Origin: Eukaryota sp. TZLM1-RC | Taxonomy: Eukaryota > Protista > Metamonada: BaSk clade | Direction: 5' to 3' | DNA: 64,000 nt | Assembly (NCBI GenBank): GCA_040285825.1 | Contig: JAUPSS010000004.1 | Location: forward strand, 3,266,550 to 3,330,549 | In this document: positions 11,084 to 22,408 of the stretch, in pieces | Layout: every line of letters starts with the position of its first letter | How positions within the stretch are numbered: the first letter of the stretch is position 1 | The notes under the pieces: model-generated | Told to the model about the DNA's origin: nothing | Seen by the model: the letters and a program-made list of their open reading frames with translations, nothing else | The model's database searches: none | Position numbers and translations under genes: made by a program

Positions 11084-13156
11084 CTATCTCCTTTTTGGAC
11101 AAGTGATAAACCTTTCAGATGGATACTGAATCCACCATGGAAAACAAGATAATTCAACTAAATATTCATTCTTAGTTAGATGAACAGACTTGATTAAACC
11201 AACGTTAGCAAGGTTTGTTGGAGATAGGGAAGAGTTTAACAAATTTTCTTCATTAGGTCTAATCAATTGAATGAATTTCAGAGAGGGAAAGTTTTGTTCA
11301 GTGACATTGATAGGAATTGTTTCATAAATTATCAATTCCTTCAAGTTGGGTAATTGAATTTCAACATTAACAGGTTCTTCCAACACTGTTTCTAATCTAA
11401 CAATAGATTGAGGTAAAGGTATCTGACCAAGAAATATTTTTTTAGAAATATCACGAGGTAAGACTAATTCATTGAGTGATGTAAGATAGCTTAAATCAGT
11501 AACTTCAAAGTCATAAGCTCGAAGTGCTAACTTCACTAGTGAAGTAGGTAATTGTTTTATATGGAATGGATAATCAAGCTCTAGACAATGAAGATGTACT
11601 AAATGTGGCAAGTTTATAGAAAAACTTCTACCAAATGCAGACAAATTTCCACCAAGCTTAACAGCCTCAAGATTAAGGAAAATTTGAAACAATTGTGATT
11701 CATAATCAACTTCATCAAAGTAAACATCAAGTTTTTTAATTCTAGTATTAATAACTTTGGGACCATTATAACCAGTCGATAATCGCAATTGTAAATCACA
11801 AATATTATCATTTAAATTTAAATCTTGAGGATCTTTTAAAAACAACTTGTTTTGAATCGGATGAACATTAATCACTTCTTGAGCAAATTGAGCTAGCCTT
11901 TTACTAATGCCACATTTGGTGTAAAATCTTGCTTTAACATAAGGATGATTACCAAATAGCTTTTGCAAATAATTTAAATATTCCCAATAAACAAGCTTAA
12001 TTATACCACTAAACATTCTATCCAAAGGTTGTTTTGGATAATGGAAACCGCCAAGTATTTCAGATCCAAATATTTTGACAGGTTGTGGTCGATCAATCAA
12101 ATCACCTGTACCTAATTGCCCTTTATCGTTCCTTCCCCAAGCCCAAACAGTGTTTTTGTTGTAAGCCAAAAGGTAGGTTTCACCTACAGAAACACCTTCT
12201 ATATTAATGAAAGTTTCCATTAAAATTGGATCATTTTGTTTTTTATAAAATTGACTTATTCTACTCAGCCAGCCCCAAACAAAAACGTTACCACTGCTAT
12301 CAATAGCAGAGCAAGTAAGTCTATGACCACTAATAGAAACAATATTGCTCAACCCTGGAACTTTGGTGGGTTTGTTATTAAAAAATTTGCCCCCTCTGTC
12401 AAACTTCCAAATGTCACCATTAATGTCAACAATAAGCAAAAACATACAAGTTAATACCATAGAATTATTTAATAATTTTCTGAAAATTAAATATTGGGTA
12501 ATTGGCAGCTGAACTATTTCCCCATCATTAAAAAAGAAAAAATTATTACCATCATCACCTGCGACAATAGAATCAGCATTAGAACAAATCAAACCAATAT
12601 TATTTAATTCTATGATAGATTCAAATAAATTGCCACATCCCCATTTAATGACTTGACCTGCTGGTGTCAAAGCAAATGAACAAAGGTGACCACCATAAAC
12701 TTTTTTAATATTAAAAGGAATGTTGATTAGGGTAATTGGCAGCGACTCCTCTTCTGATAGATTGATTTGATTAAATTCATTATTGCCCCAACCATATAAC
12801 TTACCTTCAGAAGTGAGGACAAGTGAGTGGCTAAAGCCAGCTGAAATGGTTACAACATTAGTTAAAGGAAGTTTGATTGGTGACTTGATTGTTTGAGGTC
12901 CATTATATAGAACCTGACCTTTATCATTGAGTCCCCAACCATAAACCTCACCAGAACAGGTGAGGAGCAGGGTGTGGCCTAAATTGATTGAGATGTACTC
13001 CACTCCATCTTCCCGATCGATATTATTTGTCAAAGTTGTAGAGGATAAAGAAGGATGGGACTGTGAAGGAAGTGATTCTATGCGAGGGCGACAGGGAGAA
13101 GAGGAAGGAGTACATCGACGATGTCGGGAAGAGCACCCTGTAGACCCTGATAGCAT
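11084..13156 (-). CDS. RCC1-repeat protein with C-terminal leucine-rich repeat-like region
   Basis: Repeated HT/SL.LT..G.(V/L)YGWG.N..(G/N)Q and WAWGRNDKGQLGTGD motifs; C-terminal LP.SL/LP.SI and L..L..L repeats. Confidence 0.8.
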   Translation of the reverse strand: MLSGSTGCSSRHRRCTPSSSPCRPRIESLPSQSHPSLSSTTLTNNIDREDGVEYISINLGHTLLLTCSGEVYGWGLNDKGQVLYNGPQTIKSPIKLPLTNVVTISAGFSHSLVLTSEGKLYGWGNNEFNQINLSEEESLPITLINIPFNIKKVYGGHLCSFALTPAGQVIKWGCGNLFESIIELNNIGLICSNADSIVAGDDGNNFFFFNDGEIVQLPITQYLIFRKLLNNSMVLTCMFLLIVDINGDIWKFDRGGKFFNNKPTKVPGLSNIVSISGHRLTCSAIDSSGNVFVWGWLSRISQFYKKQNDPILMETFINIEGVSVGETYLLAYNKNTVWAWGRNDKGQLGTGDLIDRPQPVKIFGSEILGGFHYPKQPLDRMFSGIIKLVYWEYLNYLQKLFGNHPYVKARFYTKCGISKRLAQFAQEVINVHPIQNKLFLKDPQDLNLNDNICDLQLRLSTGYNGPKVINTRIKKLDVYFDEVDYESQLFQIFLNLEAVKLGGNLSAFGRSFSINLPHLVHLHCLELDYPFHIKQLPTSLVKLALRAYDFEVTDLSYLTSLNELVLPRDISKKIFLGQIPLPQSIVRLETVLEEPVNVEIQLPNLKELIIYETIPINVTEQNFPSLKFIQLIRPNEENLLNSSLSPTNLANVGLIKSVHLTKNEYLVELSCFPWWIQYPSERFITCPKRR

Positions 13157-13392
13157 TCTTACAAATACTATCTAAACCGGAAGTGGAGAGGAGAAGGAGG
13201 TGTGACCCTTGACCCAGAAAATCAAAATTAAAATTATTATTATTAAATTAATTATTTAATCTAGAAAATTGATCTCAGTGATGCCTTTTTTGATACATAT
13301 CTCTGTGGTTGATTTTTATGTTGAATAAAATTCCCCTAAACATTCCCAATTTCAGTTTTCCCCCAAAACCAATCAAACAAAATTGTAAAAAA

Positions 13393-14672
13393 CTAAAAAT
13401 CAATCTCCTCAAACTCCGCATCTACTATGGAAAAATTACTTACAGCATTTTCTTCATAAAACTTTCCTAGTGATAACAACGAGCTAGAAACAAGCCTATA
13501 CGTTCCCTTAAAAATAGTAAATACACTTCTGTTTTGCCATAACGTTCGGTCAAATATTCTTTCAGTTCTCTTTTTGCCAACAGAAGAGAAATCGTCCAAA
13601 AAAATAACGCAGTTTTACCCAAGTTTCCAAATAAAGAAAAAGCAAAAGGACAAAGAAGGTATTGAATATGTGAGTTGGAATTCAGATTATTGATTTTTTC
13701 TGTGTACTTGATAATTTTCGCTTCTTCAGCTCTAAGTAAAGGTGAATTATAAGATTGTGCCAGTATTTCATTTGAGCTGTTTGATACATCAGTAGATCTG
13801 ACATCAATAATGATCATGAATTCATCAAGACCAAGAACACATCAACGCAACTATCACCAAAAGAAATTCTGTCAGATTCATCAGCCAAATTTGAAAGCAA
13901 AGGTTCTGAAAAAATATTCAATCTTGTAGGATTTAAACATACAATAGAGGTGATCACGAACTGCATCATGCAATTTTGATCTAAAAGTAATAAATCGATT
14001 ACAATTCAATAAATGGCTTGGAGTGACAGTCTTTCCACATTTACAAATTGATCCACGAGGAAGATTATCAGGCCAAATAAAAGATCGAAGACGCATAGAT
14101 AATAAAAAGCAAGAGTCATCTAGAAACAAACCATAAATTCTTGGTACTTGATTAATTAAACAAGGGGCACAACTATCACAAACATCCAGTAAAAAATTTG
14201 CAACAACGGGATTTTTTTTCTTGGCCATGCCAAGACGTACTTCATAATTTAAGCCTTCAAATTTTACTTTCAGTTTTTGTTGAAACTTCTTCACACAATA
14301 CCTTAAATTAACTAAATTTCGTGGAGGAATCTCTTGAACTGAGTCGGGAAAGCATTGACACCAAATTTCTGGTGCAATTTTATTAATGGCAACATCAAGG
14401 TCATACAAATGTTTTGAAAATGATGGAGTAAGCAAATGAATATGTTCAGGGAAACGATTATGAAATTCAAAAATACAATTTTTGCCACCACCAACAAGGG
14501 ATGCTTGACAAAGAATTGAAGATGTGGTAAAGCCAACACCACCAAATTGTGAAGAGGAGAACAAGTCAGCTCGAATTAGCTCAGGATTCGCTTCTGATAG
14601 GGAAGCAAAGGAAGATGCACGAAGTTGATTTAATGATCGGCTAAAATCAATAGACAATAAATGTCCTGTCAA
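13393..14672 (-). mobile_element. Degenerate RLE-type non-LTR retrotransposon fragment, family C (ends EEIDF)
   Basis: CKCG..HLLNC..R..HDAVRD knuckle, IDV..K..KY endonuclease motifs, several frameshifts. Confidence 0.75.
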
Positions 14673-14678
14673 CCTTGT

Positions 14679-15540
14679 ATTTATTGAATTTGCACACTTA
14701 ATTAAATTAACTCATAACTAATGGGACGACTATCATTGAACCAAGATTTCCTCTACAAAATCTTGATCTGCTTGATGTCTAGCTAAAGCTTCTCTTATTC
14801 GATTGAAACACCGAGGCAATCTATTAATAATGGCAAATTGAATCCGTGAACGCCATAAAAATATATCAAATCTTTTCATTGTTTTTTCTTGCACCATTTT
14901 TTGGAAGTCATTCAAAAAAGTTTCTGCTTCATCTGATAATCTTCCATTTATCGAAAATGGGAAAGCAATAAAAACCAGCTGTGTATTTCTATCGGCATTA
15001 GCCTCTTCAATATCTTTATCATATTTTCTATGTTTCTCTTTTGCTTTAAAATCAAGAGCAGTCACAGGATTAAGTTTTCTTCTGTGAACCAAAGTATTTG
15101 CAACATTACATGAGACAAAGTCAACAATAGCTTCAGAATTATCAATCCAATCACAGTATACATCACCTCTATCATCAGAACCAAAATTATTCAGAGAAAG
15201 TGTTTCCTTCAGCAGGGGCTCTTTGATACACGATATTCTTGCAGTTTGTGCCATATTGAAAACAGTGTCTCTAACAGCATCATGTAATGAAGAACGACAA
15301 GTTATCAATTTAGAGCAATTCAGAGCATGGCGTAAAGTGAGTTGAGGTGAATTCGAACAAATACATTTTTCTTTTGATAATAATTGATTAATGGGGATAT
15401 TCAAGTATAATCTCATTTTTGTTACACACAATCCATATTAAATTTAGTGGCACACAATCCAAATCTTCGTGGTACAATGGTTACAAAAAGTGAAGAATCA
15501 GATGACTTGCTTTCACAAACACCCTTTTCCAATAACAATG
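14679..15540 (-). mobile_element. RLE-type non-LTR retrotransposon 3' fragment, family B (ends EEILVQ)
   Basis: CIC..HALNC..HDAVRD..KEP..RGD..VDF..K.RKY; 3' UTR shared with copies near 35148, 56262 and 58170. Confidence 0.8.
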
Positions 15541-15589
15541 AGTGAAGATCTTGATTTAAACAGCCGAGCTGCATATATTTCTGTTAACT

Positions 15590-15886
15590 TCAATAAGTGA
15601 GTAATTTTTCCGAAGTAACAAAATTTTTAAAATAAAAAAATTTGATATGTTTTTCTATTTCTAAATCAGAAACTAATTGAAGCTCAGAACCAAGTTTTAC
15701 AACAATTTCGCTAAGATTTTTTGTTATTCCATCAACATGACCTAACCAACATCCTAAAAAACGAAAAGCTTCTGGTGAATAATCGGTAAAAGGAATTTTA
15801 CAATTATTAATTTTAAACTCTCTAAAATCAAATTCTGGTCTGATGCCTTGACTTTTTGAAATAAAAATTGGACTAGGTGATTCCAA
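15590..15886 (-). mobile_element. Non-LTR retrotransposon fragment (end of RT/thumb region)
   Basis: FRFLGCWLG followed by LEIEKHIKFF, homologous to LNIEKHLKFF in the family A copy near 59600. Confidence 0.55.
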
Positions 15887-16533
15887 GAACTGTTTTCATC
15901 AGGATTATTGCAAGAATTGCATTTACTGTTTTGTAGGAGGAAAATTCCAATGAATACTTTATGAATTGAAGAGAAGGAATTTAAACTGATTTTTTTTGAG
16001 TTTTCTTAGGAATAAATTCAATAGAAGAGGATCGAAAATCATTTTTGGAAATCCGCAATTTTATATTTTTATTGAAACATATATACTTTATGAAACATCA
16101 ATCTGACACTGAATTTTTGGGGAAAAATCATTGTTCCGAGTTTCTGTCTGCATAATCCTCGTCTGGTTTTTCTCTAGCGATAGTCACTCCGACTCGATGA
16201 GATCATAATCGTAACCTTTGAATGCTAAAACTCCATAAAAGACAGCAAATCTCTGCATTGTTTTTGAAGAAACAAGCTTTGAAAGTTGTTCAAAATCGAG
16301 CGAACAAGTGCATCTAACTACATTCTGGTCATTCGTTTTTGGAATGTTCGCGCAATGAAATCCAAATAGATACAATTCTTTTTTTTTGAATATTTCTTTT
16401 CGGTGATTGAAAACAAATTCCTTCATTTTAATATTGTTTTAGTCTAAATATTGCTAAGAAATCGAATTTTGTATTGCTCAGCTCATCTATCTTGTCACAT
16501 TACTGGCCATTTTTATGACTTTTCTGATTTGCA

Positions 16534-18561
16534 ATGGCACTTGTCTCTATCGATATAGGAGCCAGCTCGCTTACGTTTTCAACCACTTCACCTGAACAAG
16601 AAATTCATCTTTTGCAGTTGTCTGATGGTTGTTCCTTTATCTCCAACGTACTTGTGAAGAATGATGCCGATGTTTACATTGGACGATATGCTGAGAAACG
16701 TCTCTACGAATGTGTTCAAAACTCTTTCCTCTCTGTAACCCACATTTTACCTGATCTATTTCCTTGGAATGCAAAGCTCTTAAAAAACGTGGAGGCGATC
16801 GATGGCGATCTTTACGTTTCACTTCAAATTAACGATCATCCTCACAAAATGTTGTATAAAGATTTGTTAACTGAGTTTGTTGCCAAGATCAGGGCAGAAT
16901 TGGGTGCTTTACTCGAAGACTCTCCCATCACAGTTCGACTCGTCCTTCCACAACTACTGAAACCTTCTCTTCCTCTCTTACAAGCCGCTTTTGAAGCAAA
17001 TGATTGTCTTATTGAAGAAGTGGTATCCACTGCTGATGCCTTAGCCTCTGTTTATTATTACAGATCTACTGAACCTGGGACAGTTGCCATTGTTGACATT
17101 GGAGAAGCCATCACCAATATTGTCATTTGCACTTTTACAGAGGACCATTATACAATACTCTTTACGGACGAACTTTGGTTTGGAGGTCAAGATATTGATC
17201 AAGTGGTCTATGAATATTGTTTTTCCAAAATCAGTAAGTCCAACAAAAGCAAAATGACTCTACGTTCGAAGCTTTTGCTCTCAAATGCATGTAGACAGAT
17301 CAAGACCCAGCCGAACTGCCAAAGTATTTCAGTAGAGGAACTAGTCCCAGGATTTAATTTCAGTATAAAGTTTTCCTTGTCAAAATTGGAACGTTTAATA
17401 CGTGATATCTTAAATACTTTCGGCGGACAGTTGAATGAATCTCTTCATTTAGCCGAAACCCGAGGCACTGCTATCTCCACTATTGTGCCCACAGGTCGTC
17501 TTGTTCGATTCGCCCCTGTCATGAATTCTATAAAACAAGTGTGTTCTGGTCGTAAGATCGTCCCCCTTCTTGACCCAACTCATGATGTTTCTTTGGGCGG
17601 GTTGTTGTGGAAGGACGAGCTCTGCTGTACTGAACCTATTCTACCAAGGGTCAGGTCTATTATCTTATCAGAAGGTCTTTCGAAGACTAAAGTTGATGAT
17701 GGTGGAACCTCTCAAGACATACTTGGCACGATACTATCCAGTGACGAGGTTCATTATACAGATGACACTGATGATTCACAAAGTGGCAACAACTCGTCTG
17801 ATGAGAATGTTGTTATTTCCAAGAAAGAGTATAATAATCTTCTGGAAACTTTTCAAAAAGCTGAAGCCGCAATACAAAAAGAATTGGTTCTACGACAGAC
17901 TCTTATAGCTAATTTTCGGCACTTGGTCAATCACACCAATTGCTTGAAAATGCTTCCTTCCATTTATGGACCAGATAAGCATTTTGCTGAGTGGTATGGT
18001 TTGTCGTTGTTACATTTAAAGAATTTTTGCGCGGGTTTTAAAGATGTTGATGTTGAATTACCCGAAAGTCTTTGTCATTTACCCAAAGCTCGACCCAGAC
18101 CACCAACTATGTCCACACCCAGTACAACCAAACCAAAGTCTTCTTTACCAGTACCTCAAATGCAATTCTTTACTGAATCAAAAGATGATGTGGTTGGTAA
18201 TATTAAATCATTATCTCTTGGCATTCAAGTTTGGAGGTTTCGCAGACAGAATATTAACTGGAAACATTGCAAACTTGTTGCTCAATTGAGCGGTTCTGAT
18301 CTCCTAACCACCATACAGCACTATTCTCTGCAACATAACTTAGATTTTGTCATGGAACCAAGGTATAAACGGGGCTCTTATGAACATACAAAGTTGTTGT
18401 TAACAGGGTCTGTACTCCAAGTATCCGTGTTTGGGTTAGCCAAGTCGCTTACACATACCATACCACTTCAGTCCTTGCATACAGCCGATAAGGTAGATGA
18501 GGTTGTTTCTCTTGAGGGAGAGAAATTGCTCCATGTAATTGTGTCGCTTGTTGCTCAGTAG
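16534..18561 (+). CDS. Divergent Hsp70-like actin-fold ATPase-domain protein
   Basis: VSIDIGASS, VAIVDIG and GGQDID motifs in Hsp70 order; the C-terminal half is not a recognisable substrate-binding domain. Confidence 0.7.
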   Translation: MALVSIDIGASSLTFSTTSPEQEIHLLQLSDGCSFISNVLVKNDADVYIGRYAEKRLYECVQNSFLSVTHILPDLFPWNAKLLKNVEAIDGDLYVSLQINDHPHKMLYKDLLTEFVAKIRAELGALLEDSPITVRLVLPQLLKPSLPLLQAAFEANDCLIEEVVSTADALASVYYYRSTEPGTVAIVDIGEAITNIVICTFTEDHYTILFTDELWFGGQDIDQVVYEYCFSKISKSNKSKMTLRSKLLLSNACRQIKTQPNCQSISVEELVPGFNFSIKFSLSKLERLIRDILNTFGGQLNESLHLAETRGTAISTIVPTGRLVRFAPVMNSIKQVCSGRKIVPLLDPTHDVSLGGLLWKDELCCTEPILPRVRSIILSEGLSKTKVDDGGTSQDILGTILSSDEVHYTDDTDDSQSGNNSSDENVVISKKEYNNLLETFQKAEAAIQKELVLRQTLIANFRHLVNHTNCLKMLPSIYGPDKHFAEWYGLSLLHLKNFCAGFKDVDVELPESLCHLPKARPRPPTMSTPSTTKPKSSLPVPQMQFFTESKDDVVGNIKSLSLGIQVWRFRRQNINWKHCKLVAQLSGSDLLTTIQHYSLQHNLDFVMEPRYKRGSYEHTKLLLTGSVLQVSVFGLAKSLTHTIPLQSLHTADKVDEVVSLEGEKLLHVIVSLVAQ

Positions 18562-18809
18562 TTTTCTTGATCTGTTTTTGTACATATTTTTCTAATTTAT
18601 TGCAGTTGTCTATGACAATTGTTTGTTGTAAATATTATTTTTATCTTTGATCATTTTTGTCAATTAGCTTGAATTGATTTTCTTGAAAAGCCAAATATTG
18701 ACAGTATTCATTACACTAGAGATTCCATCGGTCTGATCGGAAGCTATTTGGACTGATTTTGAATGGCAGAATCGTCGTTGGCCCTTGTGATATACGTTTT
18801 ATTAATAAA

Positions 18810-19260
18810 AAAACAAATTTTCCAATTAACAATCAATGTGAAATACTGAGCTTGCAACAATTTTAAGTCACTGCACATGGTGTGTTTCTATCATTCGATT
18901 TCATCAAACAACCATATACAAGATTCTCTAGTAGAAAAGATGCGGTACGAGCAATTGAGAGCTTGAAATGCTAATTCTTTACCGATGATTTTCATTTAAG
19001 ACTTTGGAATGAGTAATTTTTTCGATAATTAGTAAACTTTTTTTAGTGTTGTATTTCGTACTTTTTAATATATGTCTACTCTCTCAATATTTCTCCATCG
19101 ATGATGTTGACTCACAAATCAGAACTACTTTCCTTCTTGATTCATCAGTAGTTTTTAAGGTTAGGCATATGATCAAGTCTTAACTCAGTCACAACCAAAA
19201 AAAATTAACGTAATGAATTGTGTGATAAGGTAAATTGCAATAAACATCATAGTGATCTAG
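18810..19260 (+). repeat. Diverged repeat or decayed gene fragment, copy 1
   Basis: Alignable blocks (e.g. TTTTCCAATTAACAATCAAyGTGAAATACTGAGCTTGCAACA) shared in direct orientation with 21295-21935; boundaries approximate. Confidence 0.6.
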
Positions 19261-19717
19261 GAAAGGAAGTAAGAAGCTGGCAAAACAATGATCTTTTTCT
19301 GATGAACTTTTAATAAGTCCTTCATGAGTTGAATAATCTTCTATTTGCTACAAAAAACAAAATAGGTTAATGAACATTCTCGTTCTGAATATAATACGTT
19401 TTATTGGTGTTTCAGTACACACTTCTGGAGGCAATGTTGCTTTCTTCCTACAACAATGATTCAGTTACATTTTTGGATCTTCGCTCAACAGAGTTTGAAG
19501 ACAATATTAGACTACGTGTTTGTTGAGCTTTGCAGCCAGTCCATTAGGTGGAAGTTAGATTTATATACGAAAAACACAAATAAGTAATGATAAAAAAGAT
19601 GTTTTACTTCACAACCTTCTTGATTATACCAATAAATAAAAATTAGATTCCAAAAAACCTTTTATTTATAAACTTCCACACTTAACAAAATGAACTCAGA
19701 ACTAAAGGGACGAAATT

Positions 19718-19750
19718 CATTGAACCAAGATTTCCTCTACAAAATCTTGA
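19718..19750 (-). repeat. Tiny family B LINE remnant
   Basis: TCATTGAACCAAGATTTCCTCTACAAAATCTTGA matches the family B ORF end at 14733. Confidence 0.65.
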
Positions 19751-19816
19751 CTCCAAAAACAAAACATTTAAAAAATTTAAATCCATTTCATGACCCACAA
19801 ATCATTCCAACTCCAA

Positions 19817-21094
19817 TCACTCCCCAAACTGTTTTTGAATCATAAGATAAGTCCTTCTGTTCATAATATTTCCTTCCTCATCTTCTACTTCCTCTTCCTC
19901 GTCTGGGTCAAACACCTCATCATTCCTTTGCTGTTTGAGTTTCTCATATAATCTCAACGCATCACTAATACGCTCCACACCTCTAAAATGCTTAGTGTTA
20001 GGTATCTTTAAACACTTCAAAGCATGTCCATGCTTTGGTTGATTGAAATGTCTTTCAAAACGCTTTCTTCCTCTATAAACTATATCTCCACAAATTTCGC
20101 AAGTGTACTTCTTGGATAAGCCTTGAAGTTTAAATAGCCAATAAGGAATTGGTTTTCCATCAAAATCAAGTGGTAAATCTTTAGGATTATAGATAACCTC
20201 TTGTTCTTCGTCTAGTTGAACTTCCTTTTTACTTTCAATCCTTATGTGTTCGTGCAGGTCATCGACATTAATCAATCTATTTTGATTGTCTTCCACAAGC
20301 TCCTCAAGGGTTCTTACTTGTCTGTTCTCCAATCTTCCTTTTGTAGCTTCTATAATAGATTTCAGATGGTGTTCAGCTAAATGAGAAATAGAATTTTCAT
20401 AAAAAGAAATTAAATCAGAGTATTCATGGTTTTCAAGCTCAGAAATTAATTTTTCAATATTGTATAAAGGTCTAATCCTACGAATAAAGTCTATTAAATA
20501 ATTATAAACTGATTCAACGTAATTCTTATAAACATCATCACGATTAGTGACCACAAAACTGCCATCACTTCTTTTGAAAGAATAAAATAAATCTAAATAA
20601 GCCAAATAATCAACCTGAGTGGTGTCAATTTCTGGAAAATAAGAATTTAAGTTTAGAAAAATAGAATGAAAATGATTTAAATCTACATATTTGCCAAAGT
20701 CTTCTTCCCCAGTGAAATTTGGGAAGATCTCAGAATCTTCAAAGAATTTGTCTTTACGGGACAGGACTGCACTTTCAGATGATAGTACCTCAGGATGATT
20801 GTCAAACCAGTGATGTATAGAACGTGAGTCAGTAAAGAAGTTTTGAAGAGCAGTGTCAAGATCGCCATTGCCAGCAACGTGGTCAAGTTCAGAAAGAAGA
20901 AGAGGATCAGCGTAGAGAGAGTTGAGACGAGATGCCAGTTCTGACATGGAGTCTAGGTGAGCACGAACACGGGTATGGTGAAGAAGAGCATCACGAGGAC
21001 CATAGAAGTCTTCAAGGAACTCTTCAGAAGCTTGACGTTCATGAAAGTCGAATTCCTCATGTAGGGAGCGTATCTGTTCTACAAGAGAATCCAT
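19817..21094 (-). CDS. SF3A3: Splicing factor SF3a60/Prp9
   Basis: YNPKDLPLDFDGKPIPYWLFKLQGL..YTCEICG..RHF..H zinc-finger region; EEEVEDEEGN C-terminus; ATG at 21094. Confidence 0.93.
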   Translation of the reverse strand: MDSLVEQIRSLHEEFDFHERQASEEFLEDFYGPRDALLHHTRVRAHLDSMSELASRLNSLYADPLLLSELDHVAGNGDLDTALQNFFTDSRSIHHWFDNHPEVLSSESAVLSRKDKFFEDSEIFPNFTGEEDFGKYVDLNHFHSIFLNLNSYFPEIDTTQVDYLAYLDLFYSFKRSDGSFVVTNRDDVYKNYVESVYNYLIDFIRRIRPLYNIEKLISELENHEYSDLISFYENSISHLAEHHLKSIIEATKGRLENRQVRTLEELVEDNQNRLINVDDLHEHIRIESKKEVQLDEEQEVIYNPKDLPLDFDGKPIPYWLFKLQGLSKKYTCEICGDIVYRGRKRFERHFNQPKHGHALKCLKIPNTKHFRGVERISDALRLYEKLKQQRNDEVFDPDEEEEVEDEEGNIMNRRTYLMIQKQFGE

Positions 21095-21294
21095 TAAAGA
21101 AAGGAAGATGGAGTTAAACGACAAGTTCAAATGGATTTCTGAAAACAAAACAATTTGTTCTAATATAAATAAAAAAAATTTTGAATTATACTTTCATGTT
21201 TGAGCTTTTTAAAGATCAACAAGAATCGCTTTTGATGTTGCCACAGTTGCAAGATATGGCATCAATTGGAAAAGTCTTTTTTCCAATAAAATAA

Positions 21295-21935
21295 AATACA
21301 TTTTACTAATGAAAAAACAATTTTTCCAATTAACAATCAACGTGAAATACTGAGCTTGCAACACTTCTAAGCCACCGCCCATGGTGTGTTCTATCATTCG
21401 ATGTCATCAAACAATCACCTATGAAATTCTATAACAGAGACAATGGGATACTAGTATTCAACAGATTGACACACTAACTCTTTAGAGATTATTTTCATTG
21501 TAGATTTTGAAATAACAATCTTTTCATCAATGAATTGCAGCTTATAGCAACCATTCCTTTTGCTGAAACTTCAAAAGAAATCAATTCAACCACATGTTAG
21601 ATGTGGAATAACATCAAATCACGTGTGATGACGTGACAACAGTTTCAATTTAGTTTTAGTTTTATTTAAAAACTTTTACCTTCGATACTGCAGTGGAAAC
21701 TGATACAAAAGATCTAAATTGGACAAAAGCTATTCAAGTTTCTGTGACCTCATCCTTCCTGCATGTCTACTATTTTGATCATCGGTGATGTCAACTCACA
21801 GATCAAGATTCTATTCCTTCTTTTTGCATCTGGCTTTTCTGTGGGGAAGAATATACTCCGGTCTCAACTTACTAACAACAAAAAAATAATGATTGGTGTT
21901 AAAGAGGGTAAATCACAGTCAACATTATAATGATT
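21295..21935 (+). repeat. Diverged repeat or decayed gene fragment, copy 2
   Basis: Alignable to 18810-19260; no sustained ORF. Confidence 0.6.
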
Positions 21936-22119
21936 GAGTTTCGAAATATTCAATTTTGAAAGAATTGAATTTGATTGACCAAATTCCACTTTTAAGTTTT
22001 AGTGTTCACAAATGTTTTTGATGTCTAAATGGAAAAAATTGTTGAACTATTTTGATGGAGTGAAGTGACAGTTGACATCGGTTGTATAATTTTGAATTTC
22101 CTCTCAACTACGTAAATCC

Positions 22120-22275
22120 ATGCTATCATTGCTTGACAAATTCTCAGAACTCGGTATCGATCTGGAGAGTGCACACGTCACTTTTGCTACTCCTAGAGAG
22201 TTTCTTCTGGTTGACCCTCTATATGAGCAAGCCAACGATGTGAAGCTCAAGTTGAGTGTAAACAAAGAGTTTCTT
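22120..22275 (+). pseudogene. 5' part (52 codons) of the H3-fold gene interrupted by the LTR element
   Basis: ATG at 22120, open to 22275, and joins 30052-30897 in frame once the element and one TCTT are removed. Confidence 0.75.
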
Positions 22276-22408
22276 TGTTGTACTGTGGACAATTAGTCTA
22301 GTACATTTATATTTATATAACATAGTTCACTAGTGATGGCCTTTATAAGGGCCGGTGAAATTCTAATAAATTATTCCTTATTCTTGTTATCATATGGATA
22401 GAGCATCA
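22276..22408 (+). repeat. 5' LTR
   Basis: Identical by eye to 29915-30047. Confidence 0.95.

Noticed and set aside
16184-16426. 80-aa ORF
   Set aside because: No recognisable motif; cannot support it as a gene.
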